A stretch of 63,855 bases of DNA, filler included, from Octopus bimaculoides (Eukaryota): assembly GCF_001194135.2 (NCBI RefSeq). It is 9 parts of 8 records of this genome, joined end to end, with 100 filler letters (N's around TTAATTAATTAA, not from the genome) between each part and the next. Parts side by side here need not be neighbours in the genome. Positions count along the whole stretch, not along the records: positions 4,754 to 13,713 come from NC_068990.1; positions 13,814 to 22,956 come from NC_068981.1; positions 23,057 to 32,745 come from NC_069005.1; 6 more parts are not named here. The stretch is one strand, 5' to 3'. Position 1 is the stretch's first letter; the number at the start of each line of letters is the position of its first letter. Below the pieces are notes generated by a model. The model was given only the letters and a program-made list of their open reading frames with translations. It made no database searches and was not told the DNA's origin. Shown piece after piece: positions 12,960 to 24,192 of this stretch. A program made the translations under genes and the position numbers.

Positions 12960-13395
12960 CATTGCCTTCTAGCACTTGTGCTGGTGGCACGTTAGAAAAT
13001 CATTCGAGCGAGGTCGTTGCCAGTGCCGCTGGACTGACTCCTGTGCAGGTGGCACGTAAAAAACACCTTTTTGAGCGTGGCCATTGCCAGTACCGTGTGA
13101 CTGGCCCTTGTGCCAGTGGCACATAAAAGCACCCACTACACTCTCGGAGTGGTTGGCATNNNNNNNNNNGCGTGGCCATTGCCAGTACCGTGTGACTGGC
13201 CCTTGTGCCAGTGGCACATAAAAGCACCCACTACACTCTCGGAGTGGTTGGCATTAGGAAGGGCATCCAGCTGTAGAAACTTTGCCGGATCAGATTGGAG
13301 CCTGGTGCAGCCATCTGGTTTGCCAGTCCTCAGTCAAATCGTCCAACCCATGCCAGCATGGAAAGCAGACGGTAAACGATGACAACGATGATGAT
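12960..13395 (+). mobile_element. Retroposon family E with hairpin repeats
   Basis: GCCAGT..ACTG(G/A)C units, AGGAAGGGCATCCAGCTGTAGAAAC and a (GAT)n tail. A degenerate second tail follows at 13400-13547. Confidence 0.85.
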
Positions 13396-13510
13396 GATGA
13401 GCGTGGCCGTGGTTTGCTGACCTGTTTAGGAGGGCAAAGTGACTTGCAAGAAGGACTGATAGATTGTGATGATCTGGCCAACCTATGTCAGCATGGAATG
13501 CAGACATGAA

Positions 13511-13548
<38 letters not shown>

Positions 13549-13634
13549 ATCTAAACACTTATGACACATAAAAAGTACTTCTTGAGATAATGCTATTTCT
13601 TAAATGACTGGTTCAAAGATAAACTAAAATCTAG

Positions 13635-13679
<45 letters not shown>

Positions 13680-14642
13680 CTTATATATATATACATACAA
13701 AAAATATATATATNNNNNNNNNNNNNNNNNNNNNNNNNNNNNNNNNNNNNNNNNNNNTTAATTAATTAANNNNNNNNNNNNNNNNNNNNNNNNNNNNNNN
13801 NNNNNNNNNNNNNATATATATATATATATAAATGAATATATATATATATATAAATGTTAGAAATTTCTGTGCAAAAAATTAATCTATTGTCCGTAGATTT
13901 ACGAGCACATACAATATACACATTTGTGTGTGTATCATGTATACATGTGTATCATGTATACACAACCACACTCACACACAAGACACGCACACACACACAT
14001 TATATACATTGAATGTTCGTATATTATACATAGATATATTACATATATATATATATGTATGTGTGTGTGTGTGTGCGTGTGTGTGGTGTACAACAGGTGT
14101 GCGTGTATAGATGTGTAGGTATGTGTGTGTAAGCTTGCTTGTACGTCTGATTTTGCGTTAAAATGCACCTGTATGAATACACTGATTTGATGCGTAATGA
14201 CTGAAACCTTAGAGTTTCAATTATTAAGCTAGTAATCATCTTTACTCAATTCCTTTACAATTCCAACAGAATTTAACGGATTTTCACTGTAATCTGAAAC
14301 CTTACATATTTTGCTTGTCATTATCAATTCAAAACGGGCTATTTTCTCTTTGCTAATGTTTCTGTAACTATTCCTGCTCCCCACTTCCCCCATTTTCTTT
14401 TTCTTGTTTTTGTTGTTGTTTTTCTAGATGTTGTCATTCTAGTTGTTATTGTTGTTATTCTAGTCGTCGTCGTTGTTGTTGTTGTCGCTGTCGTTATAAT
14501 TTGTAGTGAGAGGGCTTGTGTGACGCAGCTCCGGAATAAAATTATATTTTATCACGTTCACTTTATATAAAAAACAGAAAAGGTGTTATGCAGATTGAAT
14601 TACTTTCACAAGAAAATATTTTAGAATGATTCGGCAAAAATC

Positions 14643-14684
14643 CTATTCCCCTATTCCCCTATTCCCCTATTCCCCTATTCCCCT
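14643..14684 (-). repeat. (GGGGAATA)5 tandem repeat, potential G-quadruplex on the minus strand
   Basis: Plus strand shows TATTCCCC five times. Confidence 0.8.
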
Positions 14685-15065
14685 GGTGTGAAAAATGATT
14701 TTTTTTTTTGGACCATTCATTATGCATTGTTAGGAAAATGACAATGCACATACATATTTCGAAATGCATGCCTTCTCAAATGAGCACTCACATGCATTCA
14801 AGACTAAATTTCGAAAAAAGAAATGCTCTGATTCCTCGTTTCCATACCGTTTCCATGAAGTACTGAGACATTTTAATATTTGTCTGTTTCTTGAAAAAAA
14901 AAAAGCGTAGGAGAGTTGTTTCAAAAGGTTGTGTGGCCTCTCCTTTGACGTGACCTAATAAGTCCAAATCTTGCTAGCATTTATCACTGCGCTTGTTTAA
15001 AATTGTCAAAGATTGGCAGTTCATGAGTCGATATTTCTTCGGCGTTGTTCTGTGGTTATACTGCT

Positions 15066-15542
15066 CTAGAAATAGTGAAGTTGGGGCCGTCTGTTTTGTT
15101 GCTGTTTCTTCTGATCTCCACCTCCATCTTTCCTTGTTTGTTTCTCTCGCTCCTTGAGGTAAAAACTTCTGAAGTTACACTTACTCAAATACGTATAACA
15201 GTTACGCTTCATCCGATGCAACGCACAGCAAATATATTTACTCTTTGCACGCACAATGGGGTTAACTTCTTGGAAGCGTTTTGTTTGTCGGGGATCATCA
15301 GCACCTACCCTGTAAACCCTATCTGTCCTCATGTTGTAGCATGTTAATCTTGTGAACCAATCGCTTCTACTATACCGCAGAGAATACGATGAACCAAAAT
15401 CAACGATCGTACCCTTGTGGTTTGTTTCTCTATATTTTAGCAGCTGCATATGGGTATGTGTGAAGCGCACAAAGTTCGTCGAATTTGTCGACTCATTTTC
15501 AGTGCTAAATCCATTTTATAGTCCATTTCTTGAAACCCATAG
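15066..15542 (-). other. Unique, coding-like segment of unknown identity (possible exon or exons)
   Basis: A 145-codon open frame (..NHKGTIVDFGSSYSLRYSRSDWFTRLTCYN..KYICCALHRMKRNCYTYL..) with a strong donor TTGA|GTAAGT near 15185. An overlapping phase-2 frame at 15542-15437 ends LCASHIPICSC-stop. Confidence 0.3.
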
Positions 15543-15665
15543 CTTTGGGAATTGCCAACAATGAGAGAAAAGGCTCTACTGAATGAGGTGAAGCAAGCGA
15601 ACGGGTACAATCTATTGTTTAAAGATAGGGAATAATTTTCTGAGAATTCTTATTTAAAGACGAGA

Positions 15666-15748
15666 TTATTAATAAAACAAAGATAAAAGACTATTATTTA
15701 TAAAACAAAGATAAAAGACTATTATTTATAAAACAAAGATAAAAGAAA
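15666..15748 (+). repeat. 28-bp tandem repeat, about 3 copies
   Basis: ATTATTTATAAAACAAAGATAAAAGACT repeated. Confidence 0.85.
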
Positions 15749-16059
15749 AATTAAACTCTGAAGAAAGCATGAGCTATCTTCATTTACAAAATATTCACGG
15801 ACATTTTCTGAAATACGTGACATGCTATAGATAGTGTAGTAACTGGTAGGGGTCATGATTTGCCCTGACCTCATCCTGGAGCCAGCCAACTTAATTCGTG
15901 TGTTTCCTTAGCATTTGCAATTTTTAATGTTTCACTATATTATACTATGTTATTACAAGTATGAGGTTTTGTTACTAGAAATTATTATTATTTCTAGTAA
16001 AAGTAAACGAAACAAAAATATATCCTGAAAGCTGTAGTTCCTACGATGATACCAGACTA

Positions 16060-16205
16060 TCCTTCTTAGTTCAAATTCCGCGGGGTGACGTTGACTTTCA
16101 TCCTTTAGGCGTCGATAAATTAAGTACCAGTTGCGTACTGAGGTTGGTCTAATCGACTATCCTCCATCGGAAAATTTCAGGCCTTGTGCCTGCATTAGAA
16201 AGGAT
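16060..16205 (+). mobile_element. SINE family B, 5'-truncated, followed by a compound (CTT)/(ATT)/(GTT) microsatellite
   Basis: AGTTCAAATTCCGC...GTCGATAAATTAAGTACCAGTTGCGTACTG...AAATTTCAGGCCTTGTGCC. Confidence 0.75.
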
Positions 16206-16301
16206 TCTTGTTCTTGTTCTTGTTCTTGTTCTTGTTCTTCTTGTTCTTCTTCTTCTTCTTCTTCTTCTTCTTCTTCTTCTTTTCTTCTTCTTCTTCTTCT
16301 T

Positions 16302-16367
<66 letters not shown>

Positions 16368-16399
16368 GTTGTTGTTGTTGTTATTGTCACCATAGCTGG

Positions 16400-18630
16400 A
16401 GGTGTGTTTTCGTAGCGCTTTAAGTTTATGATTAATTCTTGATTTATAATTTTTCATACTGTTTTGTTGTTTAAATCGTTTTGCACGAAGGCGAGAGGAA
16501 GGGAGAAGGAAAGTCTCTCTTACTACATGGAAATTGTAGAAGGACGAAGAACAACATTGACGACAATTAAGAAGAGTCTGACAAAAATTGAGTAAGCGTT
16601 GGGAAATAAACTTTTGCAAATATCGCTGCAGCTAAGGAATTAGTTAGCGTCTCATTGGAGAACAAAATAGAAAGACTAAACAAGGCAGCAAAATATATGA
16701 AAATGAATGGAAGGAGGGCAGAATTGACGCCTCATGGCGACGTGCTTGAAGCAGAAGCCAAACAGACGGTTGTCTACAAATGCGTGAATACAAAGACAAG
16801 GAAACTCAAACGCTAAATGCGACCAGCTGGGAAAAGCCTTGAAAGACATAAGGCAGGATATCCACCACATTGCGAGAGCGAGGAGGTACGGCGGAATAGA
16901 GATCTTTTTATGACCGAGGAGCAGGCGATAAAGAGTTCAGTGACCACGCGTCGCACTGAGGAAATTGTCCCATTCCTAACGTACGTTGGAAGAAGTGCGG
17001 TACAAATTACGGTAACTGGAGTCACGCCAGGCCTGGATTTATGGTGGATTATCGCTTGTATTTGTACGGACGGGTAGAGAATCTCCAGGATGTTAAAAGA
17101 TTAGGAGGGAGAATTGGGTTGGGAATACGTTGGCAGTTCTTCTCCACGTGAAGCCAGAGCAGTTAGAGAAAGTCCCAAATCTGATTTCCCTCTCGGGTAG
17201 AGTAGAACTAAGGGTGAACGTGGAGGGCAGAAGGCCGAGGTTCCACCATCGTGGTTCAATTTTCTTCTGTCCACAGAACTAGAACAGAAGGGCAGAAAGA
17301 AATGTCCAAACGAAAGCACCACAAACCATGAGTCGACAAAAACAAGATCAATAACAAAAACAACAAATGCAGGGGAAGAGAAACAGAAATTAAAATCAAG
17401 GAGACAAAAATGGCAGGTGTTACAGTGAAGGTGGAAGTGGAAATAGCACCAGCAGCAGAGGCGGAAGCAACAACAACTCCAAGAGAACCAGAACAAACAA
17501 CACCAGAAGAAGAAAATAAACACAAAGCATGAAAGAGACACAGAAAAGGGGAGAAATCAAAGAAACATTAGACTATTTGATGACAACACCAACACTACAA
17601 GCACCACAATCACCAACACCATCAGAAACATCCACATCAGAATAAAAAACAGAGCAAAATTTAAAAAGAAAAATGTGACTACAACAACAACAACAATCCG
17701 CGCAGCAGCGGAATTTCATGCTAATGACGAGAGCCAATGAAAATATGATGGCACAAAACGAGAACATTGAAGCAGAGGAGGTGATCTGCACCGCCCAACA
17801 ATTTTAGAGTACCGGAGAGCCTAATGATGGTGTGAATGACATCAGAGAGTTATACGAGCATTAAGCGGTGCTACCTGTATGACATTGAATCTCCCAGTGA
17901 AACAGCCAGCAGATGGCTTTTAAGGGTGTTCTACCGGAGGCTCTGCCGGTTCGAGATAATCTCTGCAGGCACGGGTATGCTGTCAGTCACGCTTGTCCGA
18001 GATGTACGTGGAGCGATGAAACCGCTTTGCATGCTCTGTACATTTCTAACTCGTGGGGCTTTGTCGAACAGTTATTGTCACGTGTAGGACGGATCCAGTT
18101 ATCGTCCGAGTCCATTGTGAAGATCGCCCCGCTTCCTTATTTTGGCCGGGAAGGGAGCGCAATTATTCTCTGTCTGGCGGCTATAGCAAAAGAGGTGGTG
18201 TGGTAGAGGCGATTGAAAGGGATGAAAACGGGTACCTTCCTCTTTGACCAAGGCCTCATTGACTTTTTCAGGTTCCACCTGAAAGAAAATTGAGGCTAGA
18301 GAGGGAGGTGCTGTTACGCAGTAAGTTCGTTGAAAGATGTATGAATGTAGCAAGAATAGTCCGTGTGAATGAACCTACTCTATGTGTGCGTCTGTAGGCC
18401 GGGAGGAGGGAAGAAGAGAAGGTGCCTTCCTGAGGAGCCTTTCGTGCTATGGGGTCCAAAGTGTTTGAGGTCTCTTTGGAACCCCACCCTATTCGAGAAG
18501 CATATTTTTGATTTAATCTCTTTGGTAATCGTTGTACCTGTTGGTAGTTTACATGTTTAACCTCACTGTCTCTCGTCTGTGTATCGTCCTCTATGTTTTG
18601 TGTTCGACCCTAGTGGCCAATATAAAAAGA
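16400..18630 (+). mobile_element. Tx1/L1-clade LINE, internally deleted (ORF1 remnant joined to ORF2 C-terminus and 3' UTR)
   Basis: ORF1-like RVNVEGRRPR (decayed Zn knuckle) and an E/Q/T-rich tract at about 16813-17830, then the zf-RVT motif LPVRDNLCRHGYAVSHACPRC..ETALHAL at 17940-18050. Ends in an A-rich tail and (ATT)n. No EN or RT motifs are visible between the two parts. Confidence 0.75.
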
Positions 18631-18649
18631 ATTATTATTATTATTGTTG

Positions 18650-18749
<100 letters not shown>

Positions 18750-19241
18750 GAGAAGTAGTTGTTGAAGTAGTAGTTGTACTAGTAGTATCTGAAAAACATG
18801 CTTGCTCTGTCATTACTGCTGTATTTGATTAGAGAAAGTCGACATAATTAATGAGATTTGAATGTGTTTTAAAAAAATCCTGGTCAGCCTATGGACTAAT
18901 GTAAAACATTTCTATATTTCTATTTCATTTCTCATTAATTTAACTAGGAAGAAAAGAAAAAGCTGGTATCACTTGTACAAAATATATGGATTCGGTATTT
19001 CCTGGCAATATAACACTCATGTTTTACCTAAACTTTCTATAGGTTAGTTGTGCCTGTACTGATAGTCTACATAATGCTATGAGAAGCATTTGCGTAGCAA
19101 CTGCTGCAGCAACTTGCTAAACAAATGGAAATTTGGCAGTTGCAGAACCACTAGCAGCAGGAAAAGCGTCAGCCACAGAAGCAGCACCACTACCACCACC
19201 AGCGACAGCCTCACCAGCAGCAGCTGCTGCACCAACGGTTA

Positions 19242-19274
<33 letters not shown>

Positions 19275-19275
19275 C

Positions 19276-19310
<35 letters not shown>

Positions 19311-19311
19311 C

Positions 19312-19348
<37 letters not shown>

Positions 19349-19904
19349 TATCTCTTTTCACCCCGGACGCAGTGAAGGGGAAATACAAATAAATCAATAA
19401 TAAGCGGGGAGTTATAAATAAGATTTAGAGAAAGATTTGATTTGAATGAGAAGGATGCAGAAGCTATAAGTTTAGCTGGAATATATTCCGAGTCGGGGAT
19501 AAAATAAAGATTTTCTATGTATTAAACAATAGAAGTTCCACATGTAAATATTTGCAAACGAATTTGGTAATGCCCATGCGCAAGCAAAGCTTGTGGATTC
19601 GGAAGACTAGAGATGATGATCTCTTCAAACTAGAGTTAATTATTTTTGGAGGTTGGATATCACGCAAACTTCCATTGTCTGCATCATTTACTAAACTAGT
19701 ATGGTGTGCATATTAGACATCAATGCATCGTCAGTCTACTACCATTGATTATTTTTGAGAAGGATTTCGAATATAACATTGATGTAATCTCAAATGGCCA
19801 ATGGCCGAGCAGCAACTTTCTCTCTTTCTCTTTCTCTGTCTGTCTGTCTCTCTATACATACATATACAAGAATAAGGGCAGGGAATCGTCAATTAGTAAT
19901 AGAA

Positions 19905-19936
<32 letters not shown>

Positions 19937-20554
19937 NNNNNNNNNNNNNNNNNNNNNNNNNNNNNNNNNNNNNNNNNNNNNNNNNNNNNNNNNNNNNNNN
20001 NNNNNNNNNNNNNNNNNNNNNNNNNNNNNNNNNNNNNNNNNNNNNNNNNNNNNNNNNNNNNNNNNNNNNNNNNNNNNNNNNNNNNNNNNNNNNNNNNNNN
20101 NNNNNNNNNNNNNNNNNNNNNNNNNNNNNNNNNNNNNNNNNNNNNNNNNNNNNNNNNNNNNNNNNNNNNNNNNNNNNNNNNNNNNNNNNNNNNNNNNNNN
20201 NNNNNNNNNNNNNNNNNNNNNNNNNNNNNNNNNNNNNNNNNNNNNNNNNNNNNNNNNNNNNNNNNNNNNNNNNNNNNNNNNNNNNNNNNNNNNNNNNNNN
20301 NNNNNNNNNNNNNNNNNNNNNNNNNNNNNNNNNNNNNNNNNNNNNNNNNNNNNNNNNNNNNNNNNNNNNNNNNNNNNNNNNNNNNNNNNNNNNNNNNNNN
20401 NNNNNNNNNNNNNNNNNNNNNNNNNNNNNNNNNNNNNNNNNNNNNNNNNNNNNNNNNNNNNNNNNNNNNNNNNNNNNNNNNNNNNNNNNNNNNNNNNNNN
20501 NNNNNNNNNNNNNNNNNNNNNNNNNNNNNNNNNNNNNNNNNNNNNNNNNNNNNN

Positions 20555-20860
20555 GTTGTGAGTGTTTATTGAGCGAATACACCTAAAAGCTCCACGAGGC
20601 TCCGGCAGGGGATAGTGGTGAACCCTGCTGTACTCTTTCACCACAACTTTCTCTCACTCTTACTTCCTGTTTCTGTTGAGCCTGTAATTCAAAGGGTCAG
20701 CTTTGTCACACTGTGTCACGCTGAATATCCCCGAGAACTACGTTAAGGGTACACGTGTCTGTGGAGTGCTCAGCCACTTGCACGTTAATTTCACGAGCAG
20801 GCTGTTCCGTTGATCGGATCAACTGGAATCCTCGACGTCGTAAGCGACGGAGTGCCAACA
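20555..20860 (+). mobile_element. SINE family C (OR1-like), head lost in gap
   Basis: High identity to the reverse complement of 40281-40660. Confidence 0.85.
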
Positions 20861-21077
20861 ATAAATTGTTATTTTTTAATAATAATTTTTACCCTCGTAT
20901 GTATGTATGCATGTATGTATGTATGTATGTATGTATGTATGTATGTATGTATGTATATGTGTGTGTATATACATATTCGTGATTTACTCGTTTGCTAACG
21001 TGCAAAAATGCTGGGACACCGTCATGATGAATTTCGGTGGAAGAATCCGACCCCAGTACTTATTAAAAAAAAACCCT

Positions 21078-21300
21078 GGGTACTTATTCTGTCAGTCTGC
21101 TTTGTCGAATCGTTAAGTTACAGGGAAGTGAACACACAAATACTTGTTGTCAAGCGGTTGTCACGCACGCACAAACATATATATGATGGGGTTGTTTGAG
21201 GTTCCGTTTACGAAATTCACTCACAGAGATTTAGTTGGCCCTAGGTTATAGTAAAAGACATTTACCCAAGGTGTCATGCTGTGGGACTGAACCCGGACCC
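21078..21300 (-). mobile_element. Degenerate SINE family A
   Basis: Reverse complement shows CTTGGGTAAATGTCTTTTACTATAACCTAGGGCCAAC and downstream family A motifs. Confidence 0.65.
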
Positions 21301-21369
21301 ACTAAGGGTCGACACATACCTTGTTTGTTGAAGTGGTTAAATGAAACTAAATAGATTCCATTGGGTGGA

Positions 21370-21450
21370 TTGTGCGGGTACACTACAACTCAGCAAGTAA
21401 TAACTTAACAAGTAACATTTCAGCAAGTGCGACAACTTAGCAAGAATTGA
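21370..21450 (+). mobile_element. Solo terminus related to the MULE at 60-1660
   Basis: CAGCAAGTGCGACAACTTAGCAAG matches the reverse complement of about 1620-1645 (CAGCAAGTGCTACAACTTAGCAAG). Confidence 0.6.
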
Positions 21451-21463
21451 CATTCACACACAC

Positions 21464-21521
<58 letters not shown>

Positions 21522-22063
21522 NNNNNNNNNNNNNNNNNNNNNNNNNNNNNNNNNNNNNNNNNNNNNNNNNNNNNNNNNNNNNNNNNNNNNNNNNNNNNNN
21601 NNNNNNNNNNNNNNNNNNNNNNNNNNNNNNNNNNNNNNNNNNNNNNNNNNNNNNNNNNNNNNNNNNNNNNNNNNNNNNNNNNNNNNNNNNNNNNNNNNNN
21701 NNNNNNNNNNNNNNNNNNNNNNNNNNNNNNNNNNNNNNNNNNNNNNNNNNNNNNNNNNNNNNNNNNNNNNNNNNNNNNNNNNNNNNNNNNNNNNNNNNNN
21801 NNNNNNNNNNNNNNNNNNNNNNNNNNNNNNNNNNNNNNNNNNNNNNNNNNNNNNNNNNNNNNNNNNNNNNNNNNNNNNNNNNNNNNNNNNNNNNNNNNNN
21901 NNNNNNNNNNNNNNNNNNNNNNNNNNNNNNNNNNNNNNNNNNNNNNNNNNNNNNNNNNNNNNNNNNNNNNNNNNNNNNNNNNNNNNNNNNNNNNNNNNNN
22001 NNNNNNNNNNNNNNNNNNNNNNNNNNNNNNNNNNNAAACGCAAAACCTCATATACTGCATTAC

Positions 22064-22184
22064 CTTCCCAATCTGCAACGAAAATTACATTGGCGAAACA
22101 AATAATTCCCTCTTCCAACGTGCATGAAATCACAGGCAACATATCCGACAAGAGGAATTACGCAAGATTCCATTGAGTAGGCAT
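22064..22184 (-). CDS. Internal exon encoding a Cys-rich, sushi/CCP-like N-terminal half-domain
   Basis: Acceptor GCATATTTCCAG| and donor GAAG|GTAATG. 121 nt, phase 1 to phase 2, with only one open frame: (D)AYSMESCVIPLVGYVACDFMHVGRGNYLFRQCNFRCRLG. The C-x2-P..G..C..C-x-F-x-C-x2-G pattern resembles selectin-type CCP modules. Confidence 0.6.
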
Positions 22185-22266
22185 CTGGAAATATGCAGCG
22201 ACGGAAAATTCCTTTTTTTCTTTTTACAAATGTGCACGGGACAATCCGTAATACCGAAAAGTAATG

Positions 22267-22920
22267 GAACTACATTTCATCAAAAAATTCTCTCCAAAAT
22301 TGAATGTTTGAAAGAAAAGCGGAGACAGTACATTTTGTATTTTAAATATAACTCAAATATCGGAAATATAATGTTCATGTCTGTAAATATTCAGGTATAT
22401 ATTTATGGCATTGACATGTTCTGAGCTTTCAGTGTTTCTCTATTTTGTAAGTGTTATACTAATGTTTTCTAATGCAAAGTATGGAATTGAAAGAGGTGCG
22501 ATCGGCGTTATACAGTATAAACATGGACATGTTTCCAAACACACACGCAAACAAACACACACACGCACGCACGCACACACACATTTCATCAAGGGATTCT
22601 CTCCCAAATTGAATGTTTGAAGGTAAAGTTGAGAATTTGCAATTTTTAGTCCAAATGTGGCTCATCACTACAAATGTACAGATATATATATATATATATA
22701 TATATGTAGCATTAGGATGTTCTAACTTTATGTATATATGTATATATGTATATTTTTTTATTTTATCATTTATTTATTTATTTTTTAAATTGTTAATTTC
22801 CAAATATTATACTATTTTTTTTCATGCAGAACTACATTTCATCAAAACATTCTCTCCAAACTTGAATGTTTGGAAGAAAAGGGTAGACAGTACGTTTTGT
22901 ATTCTAAATATAACTCAAAG
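22267..22920 (+). repeat. Local triplication of a 45-95 bp unit (22267-22360, 22582-22628, 22829-22920)
   Basis: ACATTTCATCAA..ATTCTCTCC.AA.TTGAATGTTTG occurs three times. Confidence 0.8.
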
Positions 22921-23361
22921 AGGAGAAAAAGAAAGAAAGAGGGGAAAAAGAAGGAANNNNNNNNNNNNNNNNNNNNNNNNNNNNNNNNNNNNNNNNNNNN
23001 TTAATTAATTAANNNNNNNNNNNNNNNNNNNNNNNNNNNNNNNNNNNNNNNNNNNNATATAATATATATGTATGTATGTATGTATATATTCTATAATCTG
23101 TCTGAGCCGACCACTTGTATTTTTCTATGAATATATAATATATACATTTTTGTTATATTAAAATATCATTGTTTTCTTTATTGTTGTTGGTGTTGTTCTT
23201 TACACCCAGTCAAATCTTGTAATCAAAATCGTTCCAGCCATGGCCATCAAATCGTTATTCCCAAATACAGTGTATTTTTGCTGTCTTTTGTCAGTACACT
23301 CTTCAATGGCCTCCATTAATTACTCCATGTCGATGGGGTCTGTGTTGGAATGCCCCTTTAA

Positions 23362-23527
23362 AGGCGCGGGTGTGTGGTAAGAAGTTTGCTTCCCAACTAC
23401 ATGGTTTCAGGTTCAGTCCCATTGCGTGACACATTGGACAAGTTTCTTCTACTGTGGCCTCGTGCCAAGAAGAGCCTTGTGAGTGGATTTGGTAGACGGA
23501 AACTGAAAGAAGCCTGTCACATATGTG
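23362..23527 (+). mobile_element. SINE family A head and CORE
   Basis: GTGTGGTAAGAAGTTTGCTTCCCAAC..CATGGTTTCAGGTTCAGTCCCA...GAGTGGATTTGGTAGACGGAAACTGAAAGAAGCC. Confidence 0.85.
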
Positions 23528-24081
23528 NNNNNNNNNNNNNNNNNNNNNNNNNNNNNNNNNNNNNNNNNNNNNNNNNNNNNNNNNNNNNNNNNNNNNNNNN
23601 NNNNNNNNNNNNNNNNNNNNNNNNNNNNNNNNNNNNNNNNNNNNNNNNNNNNNNNNNNNNNNNNNNNNNNNNNNNNNNNNNNNNNNNNNNNNNNNNNNNN
23701 NNNNNNNNNNNNNNNNNNNNNNNNNNNNNNNNNNNNNNNNNNNNNNNNNNNNNNNNNNNNNNNNNNNNNNNNNNNNNNNNNNNNNNNNNNNNNNNNNNNN
23801 NNNNNNNNNNNNNNNNNNNNNNNNNNNNNNNNNNNNNNNNNNNNNNNNNNNNNNNNNNNNNNNNNNNNNNNNNNNNNNNNNNNNNNNNNNNNNNNNNNNN
23901 NNNNNNNNNNNNNNNNNNNNNNNNNNNNNNNNNNNNNNNNNNNNNNNNNNNNNNNNNNNNNNNNNNNNNNNNNNNNNNNNNNNNNNNNNNNNNNNNNNNN
24001 NNNNNNNNNNNNNNNNNNNNNNNNNNNNNNNNNNNNNNNNNNNNNNNNNNNNNNNNNNNNNNNNNNNNNNNNNNNNNNNNN

Positions 24082-24192
24082 TGGCCAAAAGGCAAAGTCG
24101 ACATCGGCGGAATTTGAACTCAGAACTAAAGACACACGAAAGTTATTTCTAAGCAGTTTGTCTGATGTGCAAACGATTCTGGCAGCTCGCTA
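24082..24192 (-). mobile_element. SINE family B 5' part
   Basis: AAAGGCAAAGTCGACATCGGCGGAATTTGAACTCAGAAC...TTCTGGCAGCTCGC. Confidence 0.75.

Noticed and set aside
12985-13260. Exact tandem duplication around the 10-N gap at 13160 (similar cases near 45750 and 48645)
   Set aside because: The pattern is typical of unmerged overlapping contig ends, not real duplication.
22064-22200. hAT-like PTQWN reading in another frame
   Set aside because: That frame has a stop, and the splice-bounded Cys-rich frame explains the segment better.
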